A DNA stretch of 64,000 nucleotides from Anaeramoeba ignava BMAN (Eukaryota > Protista > Anaeramoebae), in contig JAPDFW010000079.1 in the NCBI GenBank assembly GCA_028826165.1, positions 124,001-188,000 of the forward strand, read 5' to 3'. The notes beneath the pieces are model-generated. The model was not told the DNA's origin. It did not search any database and saw only the letters and a list, made by a program, of their open reading frames with translations. Numbering within the stretch: the stretch's first letter is position 1; every line of letters starts with the position of its first letter. Both the position numbers and the translations under genes were made by a program. This document shows, one piece after another, positions 14,290 through 25,921 of the stretch.

Positions 14290-15670
14290 ATTATTTTAAA
14301 ATTTTTAAAATTTATATCTAAATCTAATTTATTTATATTTTTATTTATTTTAAAATTTTATCCGATTTTATTTATATTTTTATCCGATTTTATTTTTATT
14401 TATTAATTTATATTTAAATTTATTTATATTTTTTAATTAATATTTTTATATATTTATTTTATTTTTTTTTTATTAATTTATATTAAATTTAAATTTAATA
14501 TTTTAATATTTTTTAATTTTTATTTTAATAATTTATTTATAATTTTAATTTTAATTTTTAATAATATTTAAAATTAAATTTATTTATTAATATTTTTATA
14601 TTTTAAATAATTTAATTTAAAAATTTAATTTTATTTATAATTTTTTTATTTAATATTTTTATCCAATTTTAATTTTATTTATTAATTTATTTAATTTAAT
14701 TAATTTTTAAATTTTAATTTTAATTTTTAATTTAATTAAATTTTTATTTATTTATTTTTTTATTTTTATTTTAATAATTTAATTAATTTTATTTTTAATA
14801 ATTTAATTTAATATTTATTTTATATTTTAAATTTATTTTAAATTTATATTTTATTTTTAATTTTATATTAATATTTTTATCCGATTTTTTTATTTTTATT
14901 TATTTAATTTATATTTAAATTTAATTAATTTAATTAATAATTTTTATTTATAATTTTATTTATTTTAAAAATTTAATTATTTTTATTTATTAATTTATAT
15001 TTAAATCTATTTAAATTTATTTATATTTTTTGAATTAATATTTTTATCCGATTTTTTTATTTTTATTTATTAATTTATATTTAAATTTAATTAATTTAAT
15101 TTAATAATTTATTTATAATTTTATTTATTTTAATAATTTAATTTTATTTATTTATTAATCTATATTTAAATCTATTTAAATCTATTTATTTTTAATTAAT
15201 AATTTTATCCGATTTTATTTTTATTTATTAATTTATATTTAAATTTAATTAATTTAATTAATAATTTATTTATAATTTTATTTATTTTAATAATTTAATT
15301 AAATTTATTTATTAAATTTATATTTAAATCTATTTAAATTTATTTATATTTTTAATTAATATTTTTATCCGATTTTTTTATTTTTATTTATTAATTTATA
15401 TTTAAATTTAATTAAAATAATTAATAATTTATTTATAATTTTATTTATTTTAATAATTTAATTAATTTTATTTATTAATTTATATTTAAATCTATTTAAA
15501 TTTATTTATATTTTTTAATTAATATTTTTATCCGATTTTATTTTTATTTATTAATTTATATTTAAATTTAATTAATTTAATTAATAATTTATTTATAATT
15601 TTATTTATTTTAATAATTTAATTAATTTTATTTATTAATTTATATTTAAATCTATTTAAATTTATTTATT
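14290..15670. repeat. AT-rich tandem array, ~160-165 bp unit
   Basis: Marker TTTATCCGATTTT recurs near 14879, 15046, 15207, 15367 and 15530. Confidence 0.85.
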
Positions 15671-16073
15671 TTTTTTTTCATTTAAATTGATCACTTGTTT
15701 TTTGTTTATTAAAAATTTAATAAGAAAATTTAATTAAATTTAATAAAAATTTTATTATAATTTAAAAAAGGAAGATTAATTAAAAAAAAGAAAAAAAAGG
15801 AATGATTGAATAATTGAAATTTTAATTTAAAAAAAAAAAAGCAAAAAAAAAATAAAAAAGCAAAAAAAATTTGAACAAGAATTTAATTTATATTCAACAT
15901 TAATCCAAAAACAATTAAAAATGATCTTTTTTAATTTTTAATTTTATTAATTATTTTATTATTAAATCTTATTAAATAATTATTTAATCAATTTTAATTT
16001 TGAAAAGGGGGTCTTTTTTTAAAATTAAAATTAAAATTAAAATTAAAAAAAGTTTTTTTTTATTTTTTTTTAC

Positions 16074-16085
16074 TTACACGTGTAA
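16074..16085. promoter_or_regulatory. Perfect palindrome TTACACGTGTAA containing an E-box/G-box (CACGTG) upstream of P5CDH copy 1
   Basis: A 12-bp palindrome with a CpG in an almost pure AT region, ~150 bp before the ATG. Confidence 0.4.
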
Positions 16086-16237
16086 ATTTATTTAAAAAAC
16101 CAAAAAAAAAAAAAAAAAAAAATTTTTAATTTTAATTTTAATTTTTTTCTTTTCAGAAAAAAAAAACTAAAATCAACTTAATTAAATTAAATAAAAACAA
16201 AGATTTTTTTTTATTTTAAAAAATTTAAAAAGAAACA

Positions 16238-18629
16238 ATGAGTCACATTGGTAGATTCAATATACCAACACCACATAATCAAAGCTTAGTAAAAAATCTA
16301 TTAATTTTTTCTACTTTTTCTCTTTATTTTTTTTTCTTTTTATTTTTTTATTAAAATTATTTTATTTAAATTTTTATTAATCAATCCAAAAATCCTTAAA
16401 AATAAAAAAAATTAAATAAAAATAAATTAAAATAATTTGATCAAACAATATTTAATTATAAAAAATAAAAAAGAAAAATATTTTTTAATCTTTATTAATT
16501 TTTAATTGATCTTTTTTTTAATTTTTTATTTTATTAATAATAAAAAGCTTTCTTATCTTCCAAATTCAAAAGAAGCAAAAAAATTAAAAGAAGAATGTGA
16601 AAAAATGAGAAAAGAAATTCCATTTGAAGTTCCTTGTATAATTAATGGAAAAGAATATAAAACAGGAAATATTAAAGAACAATTAATTCCATCAGATCAT
16701 AAAAATGTTATTTGTAAATTTCATCAAGTTTCTGAAGAATTAGTTCAAGAAGCTGTTAAAGGAGCTTTAGAAGCAAAGAAAAAATGGGAAGAAATGAGTT
16801 TTGAAAGTAGAGCTGCTATTTTTTTAAAAGCTGCTGATCTTGTTGTTGGAAAATATCGATATGTTATGATGGCTGCAACAATGTTAGGTCAAGGAAAGAA
16901 TATTTGGCAAGCTGAGATTGATTGTATGGCTGAATTAGCTGATTTCTTAAGATTTAATTTGAAATATATTGAAGGTATCCAAAAATCCAAAAATCCAAAA
17001 ATCCAAAAATCCAAAAATCCAAAAATCAAAATTAAAATCAAAATTAAAATTAAAAATTAAAATTAAAATTAAAATTAAAATTAAAATCAAAATTAAAATT
17101 AAAATTAAAATTAAATTCAAAATTAAAATCAAAATCAAAATCAAAATCTAAATCAAAATCTAAATCAAATTCAAAATTAAAATAAATCAAAACCAAATTC
17201 AAAATTAAAATTAAAATTAAAATTAAAATTAAAATCAAAATCCAAAAATTAAAATTAAAATTAAAATTAAAATTAAAATCCAAAAGAAATTTATTCAAAT
17301 CAACCAAAGATTAATTCAACAGCAGTTTGGAATCGACTTGAATATCGACCATTAGAAGGTTTTGTTCTTGCAATTACTCCTTTTAATTTTACAGCTATTG
17401 GTGGAAATCTTCCAACAGCACCAGCAATGTTAGGAAATGTTGTATTATGGAAACCATCTTCAACTGCAATTTATTCAAATTATATTTTTTATAAAATTTT
17501 ACAAGAAGCAGGATTACCAGCTGGTGTTATTCAATTTGTTCCTGGAACTGGAAGTATGATTGGAAAAGTAAATTTAATTTTATTAAATTTTTTATCCGAT
17601 TTTGATTTTAATAAATAAATATAAATATATAAAAATAAAAATAAAAATAAAAATATAAATAAATAGATACTTCTTAAGAATAAAGATCTTGCTGGTGTTC
17701 ATTTTACTGGAAGTACTGCTGTTTTTAAACATATTTGGCTTGAATCTGCTAAAAATACAATGAGTCTTTATAAATCTTATCCAAGAATTGTTGGAGAAAC
17801 TGGAGGAAAAAATTTTCATTTTGTTCATGAATCAGCTTTAATTGATAATCTTGTTAATCACACAATTAGAGGAGCATTTGAATATCAAGGTCAAAAATGT
17901 TCAGCAACATCAAGAATGTATATTCCAAAAACTATTTGGCCAGAAGTTAAAGAGAAATTAATTAAAGAAGTATCCAAAATCAAAATGGGACAAAGTGATG
18001 GTAAATTTCAAAAATATTCTTTTAAAAATTAAATTAAATTAAAAATAAAAATTAAAATAAAAATAAAAATCCAAAAAGATCCAACATCATTTATGAGTGC
18101 AGTTATTGATAAAAATTCATTTGAAAACATTAAGAAATATATCAATGAAGCAGAAAAAGATGAAAGTGTTGAATTAATTTGTGGAGGAAAATATGATGAT
18201 TCAGTTGGATGGTTTATTGAACCAACAATTTATTTAACAACAAATCCAAAAAACAAATTAATGCAAGAAGAAATATTTGGACCAATTTTAACAATTTATA
18301 TTTATGAAGCAGATAAATATGAAGAAACACTTGAATTATGTGATCAAACATCACCATATGCATTAACTGGAGCAATTTTCGCAAATGATAGAGAAGCTAT
18401 TGATATTGCTATTAAGAAATTAAGACAATCAGCTGGTAATTTTTATATTAATGAAAAATCAACTGGCTCAATCGTTGGTCAACAACCTTTTGGAGGAGCA
18501 AGAGGATCAGGAAATAACCAAAAAGCTGGAGCTATTACTAATCTTATGAATTGGTGTTCACCTCGATCAATTAAAGAAGGATTTGTTGAATTAAAAGATT
18601 GGAAAAATGGACATGAAAAAACAGATTAA
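16238..18629 (+). CDS. ALDH4A1: Delta-1-pyrroline-5-carboxylate dehydrogenase (ALDH4 family), copy 1, 5 exons
   Basis: Exon 1 MSHIGRFNIPTPHNQSL, then ATMLGQGKN, EYRPLEGFV..TPFNFTAIGGNL, FTGS, GETGGKNFHFVH (catalytic E), FEYQGQKCSA (catalytic C), EEIFGP and QQPFGGARGSG. Confidence 0.96.
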
Positions 18630-18804
18630 AAAAATTTTTTTTTAATCTAAATTTTTTTTCAATTCCATTTTTTTTTTCTTTTGAATCTTTTCTAAATTGA
18701 AAATTCAAACCTTTTTTTCGTTTAGAATTGAATTTCTTCTTTCTTTTTTACTTTTACTTTTTTTCAAACAAATTCAAAAAAAAAAATAAAAACAAAAAGA
18801 AATT

Positions 18805-20550
18805 GATAAAAATATAATTTATAAATAAATTGAAAATTAAATTTATAAATAATTAATAAATAATTTGATTTAAGGAATTATTTTAAAATAAATTTTATGT
18901 TTAATTTAAATAATTTTTAATTTAATTTTATTTTAATTTAATTTATAAAAAAAAGTGGAATAAAAAATAAAAAATATAATTTATAAATAAATTGATAATT
19001 AAATTTATAAATAATTAATAAATAATTTGATTTAAGGAATTATTTTAAAATAAATTTTATGTCTATTTATATAATTTTTAATTTAATTTTATTTTAATTT
19101 AATTTATAAAAAAAAGTGGAATAAAAAATAAAAAATATAATTTATAAATATATTGATAATTAAATTTATAAATAATTTATAAATAATTTGATTTAAGGAA
19201 TTATTTTAAAATAAATTTTATTTTTATTTTTATATTTTTAATTTTAATTTTATTTTAATTTTAATTTATAAAAAAAAGTGGAATAAAAATAAAAATATAA
19301 TTTATAAATATATTTAAAATTAAATTTATAAATAATTTATAAATAATTTGATTTAAGGAATTATTTTAAAATAAATTTTATGTTTATTTATATATTTTTA
19401 ATTTAATTTTATTTTAATTTAATTTATAAAAAAAAGTGGAATAAAAAATAAAAAATATAATTTATAAATATATTTGAAAATTAAATTTATAAATAATTAA
19501 TAAATAATTTGATTTAAGGAATTATTTTAAAATAAATTTTATGTTTAATTAAATAATTTTTTAATTTAATTTTTATTTTAATTTTAATTTATAAAAAAAA
19601 GTGGAATAAAAAATAAAAATATAATTTATAAATATATTTAAAATTAAATTTATAAATAATTAATAAATAATTTGATTTAAGAAATTATTTTAAAATAAAT
19701 TTTATGTTTAATTATATAATTTTTAATTTAATTTTATTTTAATTTAATTTATAAAAAAAAGTGGAATAAAAAATAAAAAATATAATTTATAAATAAATTG
19801 AAAATTAAATTTATAAATAATTAATAAATAATTTGATTTAAGGAATTATTTTAAAATAAATTTTATGTTTAATTAAATAATTTTTAATTTAATTTTATTT
19901 TAATTTAATTTATAAAAAAAAGTGGAATAAAAAATAAAAAATATAATTTATAAATATATTTAAAATTAAATTTATAAATAATTTATAAATAATTTGATTT
20001 AAGGAATTATTTTAAAATAAATTTTTATGTTTATTTAAACCTATTTTTTTAATTTATTTGGAATTTTAATTTTTAATTTTTAATTTATAAAAATTAATGG
20101 GAATAAAAATAAAAATATAATTTATAAATATATTTTTAAAATTTAATTTATAAATAATTAATAAATAAATTTGATTTAAGAAATATATTTTAAAATAAAT
20201 TTTATTTAATTTTTAATTTAATTTTTAATTTAATTTATAAAAAGTGGAATAAAAATAAAAATATAATTTATAAATAAATTGAAAATTAAATTTATAAATA
20301 ATTAATAAATAATTTGATTTAAGGAATTATTTTTAAAATAAATTTTATGTTTAATTTAAATAATTTTTAATTTAATTTTATTTTAATTTAATTTATAAAA
20401 AAAAGTGGAATAAAAAATAAAAAATATAATTTATAAATATATTTAAAATTAAATTTATAAATAATTTATAAATAATTTGATTTAAGAAATTATTTTAAAA
20501 TAAATTTTATTTTTATTTAAATATTTTTTAATTTAATTTTATTTTAATTT
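18805..20550. repeat. AT-rich tandem array, ~161 bp unit, about 11 copies, between the P5CDH paralogues
   Basis: Marker AAAAGTGGAATAAAA near 18955, 19116, 19278, 19436, 19601, 19761, 19922, 20243 and 20405, with GATTTAAGGAATT at the same period. Confidence 0.92.
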
Positions 20551-20649
20551 TTCATGATATAAATTTATTGAAAAAATCCAAAAAAAAGAAAAAAATATTT
20601 TTTTAAATTTTTATTCTTTTCATTCTTTTCAATTTTTAAAAAAGAAACA

Positions 20650-22918
20650 ATGAGTCACATTGGTAGATTCAATATACCAACTCCACATAATGAACCACCA
20701 GTAAAAAACACAATCTAAATTTAAATTTAAAATTAAGAAAACCATTTTAATTTTTTTGCTTTTTTTTTTGTTAAATTTTTGCTTTTTTAATTTTTTAATT
20801 TATTAAAAATAAAAAGCTTTCTTATCTTCCAAATTCAAAAGAAGCAAAAAAATTAAAAGAAGAATGTGAAAAAATGAGAAAAGAAATTCCATTTGAAGTT
20901 CCTTGTATAATTAATGGAAAAGAATATAAAACAGGAAATATCAAAGAACAATTAATTCCATCAGATCATAAAAATGTTATTTGTAAATTTCATCAAGTTT
21001 CTGAAGAATTAGTTCAAGAAGCTGTTAAAGGAGCTTTAGAAGCAAAGAAAAAATGGGAAGAAATGAGTTTTGAAAGTAGAGCTGCTATTTTTTTAAAAGC
21101 TGCTGATCTTGTTGTTGGAAAATATCGATATGTTATGATGGCTGCAACAATGTTAGGTCAAGGAAAGAATATTTGGCAAGCTGAGATTGATTGCACAGCT
21201 GAAGTTTCCGATTTATTAAGATTTAACTTGAAATATATTGAAGGTATCCAAAAATCCAAAAATCCAAAAATCCAAAAATCCAAAAATCCAAAAATCAAAA
21301 TTAAAATCAAAACCAAATTCAAAATTAAAATTAAAATTAAAAATTAAAATTAAAATCAAAATTAAAATTAAAAATCAAAACCAAATTCAAAATTAAAATT
21401 AAAATTAAAATTAAAATTAAAATCAAAATCAAAATTAAAATCAAAATTAAAATCAAAATCAAAATCAAAATCAAAATTAAAATCAAAATTAAAATTAAAA
21501 TTAAAATTAAAATTAAAATTAAAATTAAAATTAAAATCAAATTCAAAATCAAATTCAAAATCAAAATCCAAAAAGAAATTTATTCAAATCAACCAAAGAT
21601 TAATCCAACAGCAGTTTGGAATCGACTTGAATATCGACCATTAGAAGGTTTTGTTCTTGCAATTACTCCTTTCAATTTTACAGCTATTGGCGCAAATCTT
21701 CCAACAGCACCAGCAATGTTAGGAAATGTTGTATTATGGAAACCATCTTCAACTGCAATTTATTCAAATTATATTTTTTATAAAATTTTACAAGAAGCAG
21801 GATTACCAGCTGGTGTTATTCAATTTGTTCCTGGAACTGGAAGTATGATTGGAAAAGTAAATTTAATTTTATTAAATTTTTTATCCGATTTTAATTTTAA
21901 TAAATAAATAAAAATAAATATAAATATAAATATAAATATAAAAATATAAATAAATAGATACTTCTTAAGAATAAAGATCTTGCTGGTGTTCATTTTACTG
22001 GAAGTACTGCTGTTTTTAAACATATTTGGCTTGAATCTGCTAAAAATACAATGAGTCTTTATAAATCTTATCCAAGAATTGTTGGAGAAACTGGAGGAAA
22101 AAATTTTCATTTTGTTCATGAATCAGCTTTAATTGATAATCTTGTTAATCACACAATTAGAGGAGCATTTGAATATCAAGGTCAAAAATGTTCAGCAACA
22201 TCAAGAATGTATATTCCAAAAACTATTTGGCCAGAAGTTAAAGAGAAATTAATTAAAGAAGTATCCAAAATCAAAATGGGACAAAGTGATGGTAAATTTC
22301 AAAAATATTCTTTTAAAAATTAAATTAAATTAAATTAAAATTAAATTCAAAATCAAAATCCAAAAAGATCCAACATCATTTATGAGTGCAGTTATTGATA
22401 AAAATTCATTTGAAAACATTAAGAAATATATTAATGAAGCAGAAAAAGATGAAAGTGTTGAATTAATTTGTGGAGGAAAATATGATGATTCAGTTGGATG
22501 GTTTATTGAACCAACAATTTATTTAACAACAAATCCAAAACATAAATTAATGCAAGAAGAAATATTTGGACCAATTTTAACAATTTATGTTTATGAAGCA
22601 GATAAATATGAAGAAACACTTGAATTATGTGATCAAACATCACCATATGCATTAACTGGAGCAATCTTTGCAAATGATAGAGAAGCTATTGATATTGCTA
22701 TTAAGAAATTAAGACAATCAGCTGGTAACTTTTATATTAATGAAAAATCAACTGGTGCAGTTGTTGGTCAACAACCTTTTGGAGGAGCAAGAGGATCAGG
22801 AAATAACCAAAAAGCTGGAGCTATTATAAATCTTATGAATTGGTGTTCACCTCGATCAATTAAAGAAGGATTTGTTGAATTAAAAGATTGGAAAAATGGA
22901 CATGAAAAAACAGATTAA
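20650..22918 (+). CDS. ALDH4A1: Delta-1-pyrroline-5-carboxylate dehydrogenase (ALDH4 family), copy 2, 5 exons
   Basis: Near-identical to copy 1 with the same intron positions. Exon 1 reads MSHIGRFNIPTPHNEPP; catalytic motifs are intact. Confidence 0.96.
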
Positions 22919-23017
22919 AAAAATTTTTTTTTTTTTTCAACAAAAGCAAAAAAATTTTTTCATTTTTCATTTTTCATTTTCTTTCATTTTCTTTCATTTT
23001 TCATTTTCTTTCATTTT

Positions 23018-25469
23018 ATGAATCCATTAAATAATTCCCCAAACCAAAACAATCAACAAAATAATTCTTTAAATTCAAATCAAATTTCTCAAATAGAGGA
23101 ATTTAAATTATTAAAAAAAACTTATTTCCCTAAAAAAAAATCAACAAAAAAGAAAACAAAATCAAAAAAGAGATATGAACCAACAATTTATTCAAGACCT
23201 GATTCAATTTTTGAAGTACAAATAAAATAAAATAAAATAAATTGAATTGAATTGAATAAATAAAATTTTTTAAAATTTCATTTCAAAAATTTTCAGACAA
23301 AATTACAAGGATTACTTGCAGAAAAAGATCAAGTAGAACAAACTAAAATTTTGAATGAGGAAAATTCTTTAGAAAATGAGATTGATATTGGAGTTGAAAA
23401 GAATATTGTTTTATTATTAATTCAAGCAAATCAACAAAAATATATTTCTGGAGAATTACATTTAACAAATTATAGATTATATTTCAAACCAATTAATTCA
23501 AATATCAAAGTATTTATTTATTTCCAAATTTCCAAATTTTCAAATTTTCAAATTTTACAAATTTTACAAATTTTAAGGATAAATCAATTTTAAAAAGAAT
23601 TCCAAATGTTCCATTAGGATTTCTTTCTAAAGTTCAAAAAATGGGAGGTCAAAAAAAAAGCAAAGGTAATTTAAATTTGGAATCATTTTATTCATTTTGA
23701 TCATTTTTACTTAAATATCAAAAACTAAAAAAGGGAAATTTTCTTATGGAATTGAGATTTTTTGTAAAGATTTAAGATCATATAAATTTGCTTTTGAAAG
23801 AAGAAATCATAGTAGAAGAGAAATGTTCCAAAAAATAATTGGAATTTCTTTTATTCCAAATTTGAATTTTTGTTTTGCATTTACTCATAAAGGCGATAAA
23901 GTGGTTGATTTTGGTTGGGCTATTTATGATCCATTTAAAGAATTTAAAAGACAAGGTAATTTTTATTGAAATATTTTAATAAAAATAATTATTCCTTAAA
24001 AATATATATCTTTATTTAATATTATTATTTTGATTTTGTTTAGGGATATATGAAAATGTGAGTAGTCTTTGGACAGTTTCAGAATTTAATAAAAAATATC
24101 AAATTTGTGATAGTTATCCTGAAATTCTTGTTCTTCCAACTTCCGTTTCTTTTTCTCAAATTAAAGAAGTTGCTAAATTCAGAACTAAAAAAAGAATACC
24201 TGTTCTTACTTGGAAATGTCCTCAAAATTCTTCGGTTTTATGTAGATCTTCGCAACCTCGGATTGGTAAGTTTAATAATATTAATAATAATATTATTAAT
24301 ATTATTAATATTTTTAATATCTTTTTTTGGATCTCTTTAAGGTCTTTCCAAAAAAACAAATCGACAAGACGAAAGTTTACTGCAAACAATTTCTGAAATT
24401 AATACTTTGGGACAAAAACTAAAAATTTTTGATTGTAGACCAAAAGCAAACGCAGTAGCAAATCGAGCCAAAGGAGGAGGATTTGAAAATTCTGAAGGTT
24501 ATAGTGAGTTTAAGATTCAGTTTTTAGGGATTGATAATATTCATGTGATGAGAGACTCACTTAATAAACTATTTCACTCAAGTTTCTACAGTTTTGTTGA
24601 TGATAAAAAATGGATGACTAGTATTGAGGATTCAAATTGGTTGCATCACATTCAAAAAATTCTATACTGGTCAATCAGGGTTTCCAAAACAATTCTTGAT
24701 AACCATTCTGTCCTTGTTCATTGCTCTGATGGATGGGATAGGACATCTCAAATTTGTGCTTGTTGTCAGCTTATGGTTGATCCTTATTATAGAACATTGG
24801 AAGGTTTTATTGTTTTAATTGAGAAAGATTGGCTTAGTTTTGGTCATAAATTTTCACAAAGAATGGGTCATGTTGGAAAAAAAGCAACCGATAATCAAAG
24901 ATCTCCTATTTTTGTTCAATGGATTGATGCTGTTTATCAAATTTGGAAACAATTCCCTAATTTTTTTGAGTTTAATGAAGCCTTATTGATCGTAATTTTG
25001 GAACATTGCTTTTCACTTCGTTTTGGAACTTTTTTGGGAAATAATGATAAAGAAAGAAATCAACAATTTTGTGTCAAGGAAAGCACTTATTCATTGTGGA
25101 CTTTTGTTTATCATAATCACCAAATGTTTTATAATCCTTTTTATACACCTTCCAAAGAACCACTTTATCCAAATTATTCGCTTCGAAGTTTGTGTTTTTG
25201 GGAAAGGTAATTTTTTAATAATTTTTTATTAATTTTTATAATTAATTTTTATAATTAATTTTTGCCTGTTCAGATATTATTTAAAAAATTTTGTTAAAGA
25301 TGATGAAAATTCTTCTAATGAAACAATTTTAGATATTACTCAAACTTGTCGAAATTTGCAAAAAGAAGTTGATGAATTAACAAACAAAATTAAAAAAATG
25401 AAAAAGCAAAATTCTAAAACAAAAAAATCAATCCAAAATTTACAAAACCAAATTAAATCTAAAAAATGA
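23018..25469 (+). CDS. Myotubularin-family phosphoinositide 3-phosphatase (PH-GRAM, catalytic domain, C-terminal coiled coil), multi-exon
   Basis: GELHLTNYRLYF, CDSYPEILVLP, RIPVLTW, CRSSQP, DCRPKANAVANRAKGGGFEN, active site VHCSDGWDRTSQ and SPIFVQWIDAVYQ; TGA at 25467-25469. Confidence 0.95.
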
Positions 25470-25527
25470 ATAATTTTTAATTTTTGATTTATTATAAATT
25501 GTAATAAAAATAAAAAGTTCCTAATTT

Positions 25528-25837
25528 TTATTTTTTATCAAGAAAATTTTGAAGAGAAAGATCTCCCCATTTATTTTCATCTTCTTGTTCAAATAAATCA
25601 ATTGAAAGATCAACAAATTCAAATTCAGGATTTAAAGTTTCTTCAGGAAGAGGAAGAGAATCAATTAATTCTATTTTAAATTTAATTTTATTTTTAATTT
25701 TAATTTTAATTTTATTTTTAATTTTAATTTTCTTTACCTTCATTTGGTAAAGAGCTTTTTTTCCATTCTTCTGTAATTATATTTGTTAAAAAATTATTTC
25801 TGTGATGAATATTATTAAATCTACTATCTCTATCCAT
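25528..25837 (-). CDS. APC13: Anaphase-promoting complex subunit 13; exons 25837-25738 and 25670-25528
   Basis: Spliced product MDRDSRFNNIHHRNNFLTNIITEEWKKSSLPNEELIDSLPLPEE...EQEDENKWGDLSLQNFLDKK matches the Apc13 pattern MD..R..L..I...W....LP.....LP....E.KW.DL.L. Confidence 0.8.
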
Positions 25838-25921
25838 TTTAAAAAAAAAATGAAAAAAATGAAAAAAAAAAATTTAAATTTCATTTTTTCATTTTTTTTT
25901 CATTTTTTTTTCATTTTAAAA
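25838..25921. promoter_or_regulatory. 84-bp quasi-palindromic bidirectional promoter (APC13/DPH1) with TCATTT initiator-like motifs on both strands
   Basis: Layout (AAATGA)x2 - AAATTTAAATTT - (TCATTT)x4 between divergent ATGs. Confidence 0.6.

Noticed and set aside
16238-22918. P5CDH duplication as a pure misassembly
   Set aside because: Exon 1 ends, intron 1, upstream regions and several codon patches differ; read depth should still confirm.
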